This document shows positions 1 to 11,202 of a stretch of 64,000 nucleotides of DNA, one piece after another. The stretch covers positions 22,274,628 through 22,338,627 of the forward strand of contig OZ037767.1 of NCBI GenBank assembly GCA_964035545.1. Reading direction: 5' to 3'. The notes below the pieces were generated by a model. The model worked only from the letters and a program-made list of their open reading frames with translations, did not search any database and was not told the DNA's origin. Numbering within the stretch: position 1 is the first letter of the stretch; each line of letters starts with the position of its first letter. The position numbers were made by a program, and so were the translations under genes. The stretch comes from Bugula neritina. Taxonomy: Eukaryota > Animalia > Bryozoa.

Positions 1-120
1 TAAGCAGAAACTTTGAACAGCTGGCGAAGGGATACAAGTAAACTTTCAACAATATGACACTTCATTGAGATGGTTTTGTAAGTTGCAAGAATTCTATTCA
101 GTAATATTACAATTACCCCA

Positions 121-280
121 ATATACTATAATAATACTATAATACTATCATGCTATAATACTATGATACTACAATGCTATATATAATACTGTAATGCTGC
201 AATACTATAATACTATAATACCACCATGCTGTAATCCTGTAATACTATAATACTATATTATAATTCTGTAATGCTGTAAT
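121..280. repeat. Degenerate 8-bp (TACTATAA)-type tandem repeat / low-complexity tract
   Basis: Repeated tactataa/tgctgtaa variants across about 160 bp, within a probable intron. Confidence 0.7.
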
Positions 281-429
281 AACATGAAGTGATAGTACCA
301 TCATATTATAATAGATGCTTGGCTTTAAAAATGGCATTAAGTTAGTATATTTGAATTGGCATACATATTCTATATTATATCGCCAATATTAAATTACACA
401 ATTAATACTATATTATACAATCTTCTAAC

Positions 430-2440
430 CCAGCAGCCATCATACTGTCCACAGAAGATGTCGTTCTCCCGACACTCCACAATTGTCTGCCCACTGACCT
501 GCTTCTTCAAGCAATATGGACAAGGAATAGTGCCGGCCGGCTGATCTGTGGGAGGGATCTCTTCAGCAACGGTGCTAGCAATTTCTATTGACAAAGAAAT
601 AAACTATTGTTGCTATTCTCTTAAACTAGCATTGATTTTCTCCCAAAATTAAAAGGATGAAGTCATTGACACAACTTAGAGTTAAAATGCATTTGTTTTT
701 AAGCATGTGTAGACTGTAGTACAGTATGGTGCAACAAAAAGCTATGATTTAGTTGTAGTGTTCAACACACAGCTTCACAGTTTATCCAGTCACAGTTTTC
801 TTAAAGTATCTAATGGAACAAAGATTGCCTGAAAATGGCTTGCAACTCTTGTGGGCCAGGTTTTTCATCATTGATACTGTTTTGTTCTTCTAGCATAATG
901 ATGTAAAGATAAATTAAAATACAGAAGTATTTTTTATGTATATATTATGAAATTAAGAATCTCTGATTACTAAATAAAATGTATTTAAAAAGGAATAGTT
1001 TGAAAACAGACCCACTAAAATGGAACACATCACTATGAACTCATCAAAATTATTGTAGGTGATGGGAAAACTGCTATTTAAAAAAGCAGTACTGGCACTA
1101 AACGTGGGGTTTCTAACATGCATGTGTTGATTGAAAAAAAAAGAAAAAATTTTTGATTGACTATGAGGACTGGTGACATGTTTTAGAAAAATGTCACTTA
1201 AATAATGCTGCATTAATCAACAGGAGTTTTCGATATAATTTTATGTCAATCAAATAGTTCTATATATGTCATTATTATTCTGTATGGCTATGATTATAAG
1301 GAAATGTAGAGCATACTAGTAGTCAAGGAGGGCCAGCCCTGAAAGACTGGTGTGATGTCATCAGGGAAGGCTAGCTCAGTTCTTAGTACTGGAGGTGTAG
1401 TGCTCAAGATGGGTGTAGCTGTTATGTTGAGAGTACTTGAGGCATTTGTGGTATTCAAGCTACTAGGTGCCATATCTTCACCACAGAGCACACCTGTAGT
1501 TAGAAAATACATTGTAAAATTACATAATACTGTTTACTAAAACATTGTTAGTTATTTGCTCTTGAAGTTTATATTGAAGTAGCACTGTGATTAACAACAT
1601 AAATGTAATACGCTAATACGTAATTTCTAGTCTATAGAGACTAATAGCACTGAAAGCATATGTGAACATAAAGATGGAAAAACTATTATAGCTCTAGGTT
1701 GCAAAAATTAAATAATTTTTAATATTTTGCATATAATACGTGAAGCAAGAAGTTTCAGTAAGTCATTTTACTTTGAAATTTTTAAGAAAGTTTATATGAA
1801 TATTAGGCAGGGTTTTGGTATTTCTTAAACTAATTTTCTTTGTTAAAACTGCTTGAGATTTGTGTTCTCCTGCTGAAGAAGCAATTTCGGTTTTTCTGTA
1901 CATGATCAAAGCTAAACTTTGTGGCCGTGACTGCAACCAATATTTAGTTTATAAAAGTGGCATTGTTCTCGGAAAGACTGTTATTATGAATTTTACAAAT
2001 TTTGTCACTTATACAATATAGCCAACAAAAGGTTTACTGCTCATTTCATTTCTATTAATTATTCTGCTACAGCTAATGTTTTTCCCCTAAAAGGCTTTAT
2101 AAAAATACTTACAGAATAGCTTTACTTGTATTATAAAACAATAAATAAGCAGATCTTGAATATGTAAAGTATAGGAAACTGAATAGAGTTCCTGTTACTT
2201 CTGCCTGCCTAGAACGATATAGCTTTGGCGCTCATGGTTTCTGTAATGCTGTATGCAGTAGTATATGAAAAAATCACAACAAAAACGTTACATAGCATTA
2301 CCTACACAATCTAAGATAATATACAGTATAAAATATTATACAGCACTTAATTCACGACCCTACAATCTTGTAACAACTATAGTATTATACTAACTCTTAC
2401 CGATTAGTGTCATTAGAGTTACTAATTTTGTAGAAATCAT
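430..2440 (-). CDS. Secreted Ser/Thr-rich (mucin-like) protein with a Ly6/uPAR-like Cys domain; 5' part only, continues beyond the window start
   Basis: Phase-compatible GT-AG exons 2440-2401, 1493-1317 and 584-430 join to MISTKLVTLMTLIGVLCG (signal peptide) + EDMAPSSLNTTNASSTLNITATPILSTTPP... + ...IPCPYCLKKQVSGQTIVECRENDIFCGQYDGCW. The CxxC...C...C...C spacing resembles the start of a three-finger domain. An extra exon near 830-889 is possible but has no clean phase fit. Confidence 0.65.
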
Positions 2441-2772
2441 CTGAATGTCTATTTCTGCTGCTTCAAATAGCTAATAGTGCTGCCGGAGATAACTGCCGGA
2501 GTTGCTGTTGTCTTTTTTTTGTGGCAGTTGACATGATCTTCTCTGGCTGACAATGAAGAAATCAATTAACCAATAAGATTACACTGTGATTACTAAGCAA
2601 ACATAACACTGCATACAAATTGATTCACTTGTACAAGAGGTAGCTTTGTTGAGGTATTGAGAATTCTTATTGATTTGGTTGATGAGCTTGCTGATTCAAT
2701 AATGCCAATTTCTTGTAATGACATAATATTATTTAGATTGGTGAATGATATACATATATACATATACATACA

Positions 2773-2775
<3 letters not shown>

Positions 2776-2847
<72 letters not shown>
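2776..2847. repeat. (TA)n microsatellite, left flank of the retrozyme
   Basis: About 36 perfect TA units. Confidence 0.97.
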
Positions 2848-2848
<1 letters not shown>

Positions 2849-2849
<1 letters not shown>

Positions 2850-2893
2850 TGTGCTGATGAGGGGACAAACCCCGAAACAGCTGCTGTCCACAG
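2849..2893 (+). ncRNA. Type I hammerhead ribozyme, copy 1 (intact consensus)
   Basis: CTGTG (stem I 5') - CTGATGA core - GGGG/ACAAA/CCCC (stem II) - GAAA - CAG/CTG/CTG (stem III) - TC, predicted GUC cleavage after 2888 - CACAG (stem I 3'). Confidence 0.9.
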
Positions 2894-3120
2894 ATTGAGG
2901 TATTATGCTCTCACTTAATGCTCAGCAATGACATTCAGTAATTGAGCTCTCTCACCATGGTCACAAACTCAAGCTGCTAGCATTTTGCAAGGCTCGTGAC
3001 TCCTAGGTGACCCCTAGAGTCACTTGAGCTCTCTGGCTTGAGTTTACACACCTTTTAAATATGCTTTAGTAGAAACATAACTTTCTACTATTGCGAAGGT
3101 GTGTGCCATGGTACTCTGTT

Positions 3121-3165
3121 CTGTGCTGATGAGGGGACAAACCCCGAAACAGCTGCTATTCACAG
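3121..3165 (+). ncRNA. Type I hammerhead ribozyme, copy 2 (variant cleavage site)
   Basis: Identical to copy 1 except GTC>ATT at 3158-3160, giving a stem III mismatch and an AUU triplet. Confidence 0.75.
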
Positions 3166-3168
3166 ATT

Positions 3169-3291
<123 letters not shown>

Positions 3292-5159
3292 TATTTTTTT
3301 TTTATGCATGCCAACTATTTAATACAAATTTCCAAAATAGCATGAAATAACTATTATTACTACGCCTATTTGCTTCCAATTTACTAGTCATACATTTATA
3401 GCAACAACAATTTATTTTGTGTAAAATGGTTATTGCAAACATTATTCAATTCATATTCACATTGTATTCAAAATGAAGCTTAAACTTTATAGCTGCTGTA
3501 TTTACGTGCATGTGTGAGTTTTAAAACTTTTTTAATTCTATATGCATGAGAAATATGATTAAAAATTTAACAAATAAAAAAACTAAAAATATGTATACAT
3601 GATATAAGAAAATAATAAAATAACACAATTTGCAATATTTTCGCTTTATATCTTATATAACCTTGCGGTAATAATAGCGGCATACTGACTTCTCATGTTA
3701 AAGTCGCCACTCCAGATATACCATTCTTGTGATTGAAAAAATGTAACTGAAATAATTGTGAACCGCGAAAATAAATTGTCTTTGTTTATAGAAAGTTTTA
3801 AATTATCGGACTAAAATTGTTCCAATCGGAGTACACATTTTGCTTTATTCGGATTCTAGTCTAACGGTTAAAGGTCAAGTAATATACATTTCTCTGTACT
3901 TCAGTGACTGTGATGGTGTTACTGAAATAATATAGTTATTATATACTATAATTTCAATAGATTGCACCATCCATTGAAATATACTTTTATATAATTCGAT
4001 TGGCACTACTGAAAGTCTTTATTTTACTTGAGTGACTGGCATCATCTGTTAAACGTAACTATATTATGTTTTATGGTAAAGAATCTTTGACCAACTCGAT
4101 AAAATCATTATCAAATTCAATTATGAATTAATATTAATATTATTATTGTTGGTTCAATTTGATCAATTATTTGATGTGAATGTTGCTAAATTTATCTTTG
4201 CAATGATCATCATAAAAAAATTAAAAATCACCTGATGCAGCACGGAGTTTGGAGTTACTGATTGTAGTGCTTTAAGGATTTCAAGTTTCAGTTTGGTATT
4301 ATTGTTAGGAGTACAGTCTACAGAGTTTGCCAATGATGTTTGCCTTCAGTGACCACAAACTTCTAGGTTCTAGCAATGCCTATTACTATTAGCATTACAT
4401 TTAGCATGACTAATGAGTAGGCTACTATTCAATATGTGTAGTAATCCTAATAGTGTTACTTTTGCTGTGATAGTCATTAGTTGCACTCAGGGTTAATGTT
4501 AAAGTACTATTATTTGTAACAGCAGCAGCACTACTGCTAGTGCTACTAGTAATAATTATGTTGATCTCTAAAACAGTCTACTTCTAAGGCTCTACTTCTA
4601 GTTCTACTTCTACTTCTTTGGTACTTTCTCTATGTAGGTGATTATTGTGATGGCAGGTATGTCAATTTGAAGCTTTTCATGTTAAAATTTGAAAATTTCC
4701 TTTGTCATTTAGACTAAGATTACGCTTTGTATTTGTGCTAGTAAGTCAGTGACTGTGAGGCTGGGTATGTAATTTGAGGCCTAAAATCAACGTGAAGAAT
4801 TTTGTGCTAAAGTCTATCATTTTGCTATGCAGATTTTGATTTAGTTAAAAAACAGATTTCTTGTAGCAGAGTAAAATATTGTTTAGTTAAACATAATTTT
4901 AAATCAATGTTATGCATCTTATTTGAAAGCTGCCGCTATTTAAAGGATAGTGAAAATTTTTAGTTGATTTCTTAGCAGAAGAATAACTAGTGTGTTCTAG
5001 AATTGTCTGTCACAGTCGTTATTTCTAATAAAAGCTTACATTATTGTGTGAGCTGTAGAACTAGTTTGAAGGGCACGGACTGAAATTATTGATGCTTATC
5101 TTACAGATGAGAATGAATGTTACTAAGTGAGACTGGTGACCTTATTCAGTGACTGCAGA

Positions 5160-7190
5160 ATGGATGAGTCTGTATCCCAGCCTCCAACTCAACCCCCACA
5201 CTCAACTTCATTTCAAACTAAACTTTCAACGCAAAGTTGGTAAATTATATAACTCAAACCTTTTGACCAGTGGTTAAGGACTGTATCAAATTAGATCTGG
5301 AGCAGACCTATCAAGTAGCAGTAAATATACTGAATATTGTGTGAGGTGTAGTTTCGACAGAGCATCATGCTGTATAAGGTTAGGATACTGATGTGATGAA
5401 ATCTGTAAATATCTACTCATTGACAGTGTGATGTGTAAACTATCGCATATCGTATAACTTGTAGATAAACACCGACTGTGGTTCAACACATTCAGTATAA
5501 ATGAAGAAGATGGCGAGTGGATAGGGAGTTTTACTTCCTGCTACACTATAGAAGAGATCCGAGATATAAGTCCATGTCATACAGTTACTCATATGATACT
5601 GGGAGAGAACATTCCTCCAAGTATTGCTACGCTGTTTTCTCATCTCACAAAGTTGGCGATTTATGATTTAAACAGGGACACTGACTTAAGCAGGTATATC
5701 GTAAGGTTGCAATTTGGAGTTGCAAAAAACGTTATTAACTTCTCAGTCACTTTACTGAATCCAACGCAATCTCTTTGTACCTGCCTTATTATTATTTTGT
5801 CACTCAATTCACAGAAAAAATCTGCATACCTGTTTAGTATTTATGTTTAATGACTTACTTTAGCCAATTGACATTCTTATTCAATGTCAAAACATATATA
5901 TGTAAGACAAGACTTCATTTACTAAAGATATTGTTGCAAGAGCTTTTTGTTCTAGCTTTTAGTAAAATATTGTTTGATGAAAGCTTTTTGTGAAAGCTTT
6001 TGCAATAGCTTTTTACTGGTAGCTTTTGTTTGATGAGTCAGTACAGCTTAAGAACTGAAAGAGGAAAGTTTGCTTTTATTAAAGTTGCAGGCAATTTAGA
6101 CTGTATTGCCCAAATAATTGTTAGAGTTTTGTGAAAAATATAAACTGTTGGCATTAGGCAAAAGGTTGGGTTGTGTCCTGCATCTGTGCAGCCAGCATTC
6201 AGCATCCGTGCTATCACAACACATGGGCATCTGTGCCACTCGGCATCCGTGCCGACACAGATAGCTCTCTCTCAAGCGCGCGTACGTGTGCGTGTGTGTG
6301 TGCGTGTGTGTGTGTGCGTGCGTGCGTGTGCGTGCGCGCGCGCGCGCGTGTGTGTGATGTAATATTTAACAATCATCTATATTATAGAATATAGTATATT
6401 ATAGATATCATAAAATGTAGTATACTATCTATATTATAGAATGTAGTATTTTGTTTAGATCATATATTGTATTATTTCATAGAACCTGTTTGCTTACTGC
6501 TCCATCATAATATACATGATGTCACACTTGTATGCTGTTTTACAGCATATCTTCACTAAAGAATCTTGAGGTATTGAAAGTCTTTGATAATAACATAGCT
6601 GAAGGTCTACCTGATGATATATTCTCATCCTTACTATCATTGAAAGAATTGAACATGGAGAATTGTGAGCTGATGACTCTACCAAGCAGGTGTGTACTAG
6701 GTATCTTGGAGTTACCTTTACCTGTACTTACATAGTTGGCTAGACTCAATATAGCCAGGTAGGGATATTCCAATTTAATGATTTCACCATCTCACTGCTC
6801 TTGTCATTTCTCATGTCTACAACCTGTATGTATATTACAGCATATCTTTCCTGAAGAATCTTGAGGTATTGGATATAACAGAAAATGACCTATCTGAAGG
6901 TATACCTGACATTATATTCACATCCTTACTATCATTGAGAAAGCTACACATGAGGTCCTGCAAACTGGTAGCTCTACCAAACAGGTATATCCTACTTATT
7001 TGGTGACATCTTCAACAACCAGTTATATTTCTCCACTCTTCTAATATACTGATCATGTAGTGGCTTTTTTTCTATTCCTTGCTTTTCTCAATCACTTCGT
7101 TTATTTTTTATGCTTCAGAGATTTTGTCCCTTGAGAAGTTACTCAACATGGTTTGCCTTTCTGACAATCCTTATGCATTATTGAACTGAT
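5160..7190 (+). pseudogene. Leucine-rich repeat protein gene fragment, probably a pseudogene
   Basis: Open exons 5465-5693, 6546-6689 (SISSLKNLEVLKVFDNNIAEGLPDDIFSSLLSLKELNMENCELMTLPS) and 6841-6984 (SISFLKNLEVLDITENDLSEGIPDIIFTSLLSLRKLHMRSCKLVALPN); the last two are paralogous 144-bp phase 2-2 exons, each with two 24-aa LRRs. The upstream exon 5271-5378 has stops in all frames, and the next LRR-like exon at 7119 (ILSLEKLLNMVCLSDNP) is out of phase. No 3' end was found. Confidence 0.7.
6276..6356. repeat. Alternating purine-pyrimidine (TG/CG)n tract preceded by four GCATC[TC]GTGC repeats (6180-6252)
   Basis: gcgcgcgtacgtgtgcgtgtgtg... read directly in the LRR gene intron. Confidence 0.85.
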
Positions 7191-7644
7191 ATTATTCCCT
7201 GCCGCCTTTCCTTCTGCTAACATGTAGCTTTTGGGTGGAGTCCACAGCAAGCCCGATTCAGTGGATGTCAAATGTGATTAGCTTAAATGGGAATTTTTGT
7301 TCTTAAATTATTACATACTAATGATCAAAAAGTCTTATAAACATATGGCTTGCATGCAATTGATTAATTACAAAAGTTGAACATGAGCGAACAATTGCAT
7401 TTTTGTGAAGTAGACTCTTGTCAAATTTGCCAAATTTCGGGTACCTAAATTTTAAGCAGTATCAGTATTATATGTATACTAAATGCTAGGCATTTGTATT
7501 TGACTCACCATTTCCATACAGCTTTGTTAATTCTCATGCACTGCTGAAATTTTCAATAATTTATTAAGAAAAAAAATAATGCTAGCTAAATGGATATACA
7601 TTGATTTGTGAAAATATTAAACACAGAGATTGTTTTTTTTTCAG

Positions 7645-10610
7645 GAATAATACAGTTGATAGAACGGGACAATCTTGCATTGGAGTTCGCAAAAAAGTCA
7701 ACTATTGCGCATGGGGTTAAGCCAAGACAGGAGAGCGTCTGATTTGAATGTTACCCGGACAAAAGTTCGATTTTTGGGCCGCCTCCTCAAAGAACTCAAC
7801 AAATCAGAAGCGGGCTCATTTTGGGATTTTCTGATACCCAAGAAGTATGACTTGGTCAAGGCAACTGTCAGAGAGCTGGGATTGGTAAGCCCCCAGATGT
7901 CAATTCAGGTGTCGAATTACATTAAGAAGTTATGTACTATCAAAATAGGAATCTCTATAGTGAATGAGGACGAGATAGCCCAAAAGCAGGCAGAAAACTT
8001 TTTGAGATTGTATGACAGCAGCTGGTCTGCCGAAATCAATGCGCCAATCGTAAAACATCAAAAGTTGATGCAACCTAACAAAACTCAAGAAACACCTTTA
8101 GACACAGACATTGCGAAGCTGGTAGATTTTATGGACAAAGAAATTGTCAGGCTAATTGAGCAGGCGACGATTGCTGACAACTGCATCAGGCTAAGCAAGG
8201 TTTTATTAACAAAGTTGATCATCTTCAATAGAAGGCGTCCTGCTGAATGCGCAGGCCTAAAAGTAGATGATTACATGAATGCGTCACAGCAGGAAGATCC
8301 GGAGGAAATAGTTAAGAGCCTCACACCTATAGAGCAACTATCAGCAAAACGGTAATTTTTCACTGTATATCACTGAAACTATATAAAAAAAACATTCTTT
8401 TAAAACATGCATCAATGTCTCTTTTTTGTACTGTTATCATATCCTCCAAAACTAGTTTCTTTATTCGTCAAGTTTGGGCCAATCACAATTTTTGATATAA
8501 CTAGTCCATGAAAATGGCTATATAAATGGTATGTTTTTTATCTTGATGATCCTCATTTCAGACTAAGCTTCATAACCTTTAAACTGACACATTTTGCAAG
8601 GTATTGATAATATGTTGTATTTTTAGCATGTCATTGGTGGAGGTTAGAGGCAAGAGCACACGGGGGGGGGGGGGGGGGGCTCAGAAAAGTGTACATTCTC
8701 CTTGATGAGCTCTCCAGAAAAGCGGCAAACACTATACTAGAAAACAGGAAATTTAGTAGCATGTTTGTCTTTGGAAGGTATAGTTTAAGTTAAGATAAAT
8801 AGCCATTGTCATTATTTGGTGTTAATATTTAACAATATATTGGCTGATATAGAAACAAATATCAGTAACATGTATAAAACTATTTGTGTCTGAAGGCCAA
8901 GTAGTGCAAGGTCACTTGACGGGACAGCTGTTCTGGCAGAAGTTGTTGGCTGGTGTCAGAATCTGGAAAAGCCGGAGAGAATAAGATCAAGAGGCCTGAG
9001 AAAGTACCTTGCAACTGCTTGCCAGGTACTGAGTTATAAAATGAATTATTTACTAAAAACAATCTATCCAGCACCGTGAGTCTTATTGACTATTTATTCT
9101 ATACGTTATGTATAACACTGCACTGTTTTAGCGTGTCCAATACGCTATCTTTTGTAGGGATGCTTATAGTATGACAAAATTTACTTTTAGGTTCTAAAGC
9201 TTCCTGAAAATGAGCTCAGGATGTTAGCTGACCATATGGGTCATGACCTGAATATCCACACCAACATATATAGGTTACAAACCAACCTAATCGAAAGGGC
9301 AAAGGTTGCCAGGATTTTGGTTGCCGCACATAGTGGGACTATACACAAGTTCCAAGAGCCGAGAGATCTTAACAGCATTTCTGCAGGCAATTATATTTAC
9401 CTGCATAGTAATTCTTACCAATAATTATAGATTTGTTGATTGGTAATTCTTAATTGTTTGTAAGCTTAATTTGTCTGTTTTATTTTCATTTGAGCAAGTA
9501 ATTCGTTGAAAATGCTTGCTTGAAAAATGGCAAGCATGTATTAGAAATTGAGAGTTTTAAATTATATATTTTGAATTGTTCACATAGTTATTGGTAGCAT
9601 TAAATACATTATATATACCGTCTTCCCTGAGCATAACTAACCTCAAATTTATTAAATTTTTTGTTGAAGTCAACTTACAACCACAGCCCTACTTTACTCA
9701 ATTGTATAATATTAGATAACTTGGATTAACTTTTAATAATCGAGGGCAAAAAACCTTTTAAACTGGTTCCTTTATAGTGGTTATAGTCAGAGTGTGCAGT
9801 TTCAATATGATTATAATTTTCTTTGTTTCTGAAACAGATAACATACATCTTGATGATGATACAGATGACGATGGTGAGGAAGAGAAAACCACAGGTACAA
9901 CTTTAAATTTTTAATCACATTCAAATCAACTTTTAAAGACCTGCAAGTGCTTTAGCAATTCTATGTACTTGTGAAAATGCAAACATTATTTGTAACCAAA
10001 ATTGCTAAAGTAACTTGTTATACGTATCACACACTTACAAGAGTAACTTTATTTTGGTGCTGCTCTTCATTGTACTGCTTATATAGTATTTTTATCGAGC
10101 ATACTATGTATTATATTTTAGAAAGCTCTCTGAAAATTTCCACTCCAAACAACGCTATAACAGAACCTAGCAAAATGAAATGTAAGTGTAACTTGGAAGA
10201 CATTTATTTTGTATTATATACGCTATTTTTGTAACCATATTGCTTACCAATTTAAAATGAAGGAAAACTAAAACAGCTCTTTCATTAAAAGCAATAACAA
10301 ATATTTAAATGGTTAAATATTTAAATGATTCTTTCTAAAATGAGTTACCATATCCTACAGATCGGCAAACAAAGTGTGAGGTAAAAATAGTAAACGTATA
10401 GCTGCTCGTTTAGTAACATTGTTGTTTGATTCATCTTTTACAGCAAGATGGCTCCCTGAAGAAAAGAGAGTGTTTAAACAATTTTTTGATGGCAAAAACA
10501 TGCCAGATGCTAAACTCTTGCAAGAAATGGTAAAAAAAATTCCATCAAGATCGAAGGAAATGATCAGGACCCGATGCAACAACATAATTAAAGGAAAACA
10601 AAAATATTAG
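7645..10610 (+). mobile_element. Crypton-type (CryptonV-like) intron-containing tyrosine recombinase gene, 5'-truncated and frameshifted
   Basis: Exons 7645-8351, 8627-8777, 8896-9025, 9191-9386 (GC donor), 9838-9894, 10122-10181, 10361-10375 and 10444-10610 join in phase. Motifs: IFNRRRPAE (Arg I), VEVRGK (Lys), RSRGLRKYLATACQ (Arg II), LADHMGHDLNIHTNIYRL (His, Tyr), an acidic linker, and C-terminal RWLPEEKRVF...PSRSKEMIRTRCNN (SANT/Myb-like). +1 frameshifts occur in A6 (7691-7696) and G18 (8662-8679). Confidence 0.85.
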
Positions 10611-10808
10611 TTATTACTTGTAAATATTTTTTAAATATATTTTTTATTAACTATGGTAGGCGGTGTGTTCTATCAAAAAATATAGCATTTATCAATCCTC
10701 TAACTCTTATTTTTAGACATTTGTTATGCATACGTATGTTAGCCTTGCCCTTACAGAGACCTGCGTATATATTTCTCCAATGCTGTATTTGTAAGAACAT
10801 AGATTTAA

Positions 10809-11112
10809 AAGAGCACAGTTGAGTTGCGAGTTAGGGGAATGTAACTCCCAATTTCTATGAAAAAAACCAACATATGTGGCATGCCACCTAGATCAGTTGA
10901 AGATTAAATAAGTCAAAAAAAGGGGGACAACTGCAATTTCTAATATTAACCTACTTATGCTACCTAAATTAAAACTGTGTTTTAGGCACTTCTATGACTA
11001 ATTAGATGTATTTCAGAAAAAAGTATTTAGGTGGTTTTATACAGACCACCTAAATGTACAGAACCATGTAAAGTATGCCCAAATAAAACAGATGCCACTC
11101 AAATGTGCTCTT
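10809..11112. mobile_element. MITE-like element with 16-bp TIRs flanked by TTAA (Kolobok/piggyBac-type target), or a subterminal inverted repeat of the Crypton
   Basis: TTAA|AAGAGCACAGTTGAGT ... ACTCAAATGTGCTCTT|TTAA, one mismatch in 16 bp. Confidence 0.6.
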
Positions 11113-11113
11113 T

Positions 11114-11115
<2 letters not shown>

Positions 11116-11199
<84 letters not shown>
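11116..11199. repeat. (TA)n microsatellite
   Basis: About 42 TA units. Confidence 0.97.

Positions 11200-11202
<3 letters not shown>

Noticed and set aside
6984-7645. In-frame LRR-recombinase fusion protein
   Set aside because: The LRR exon ends in phase 2 and the recombinase exon starts in phase 1; the bridging exon at 7119-7150 introduces a TGA in the required frame.
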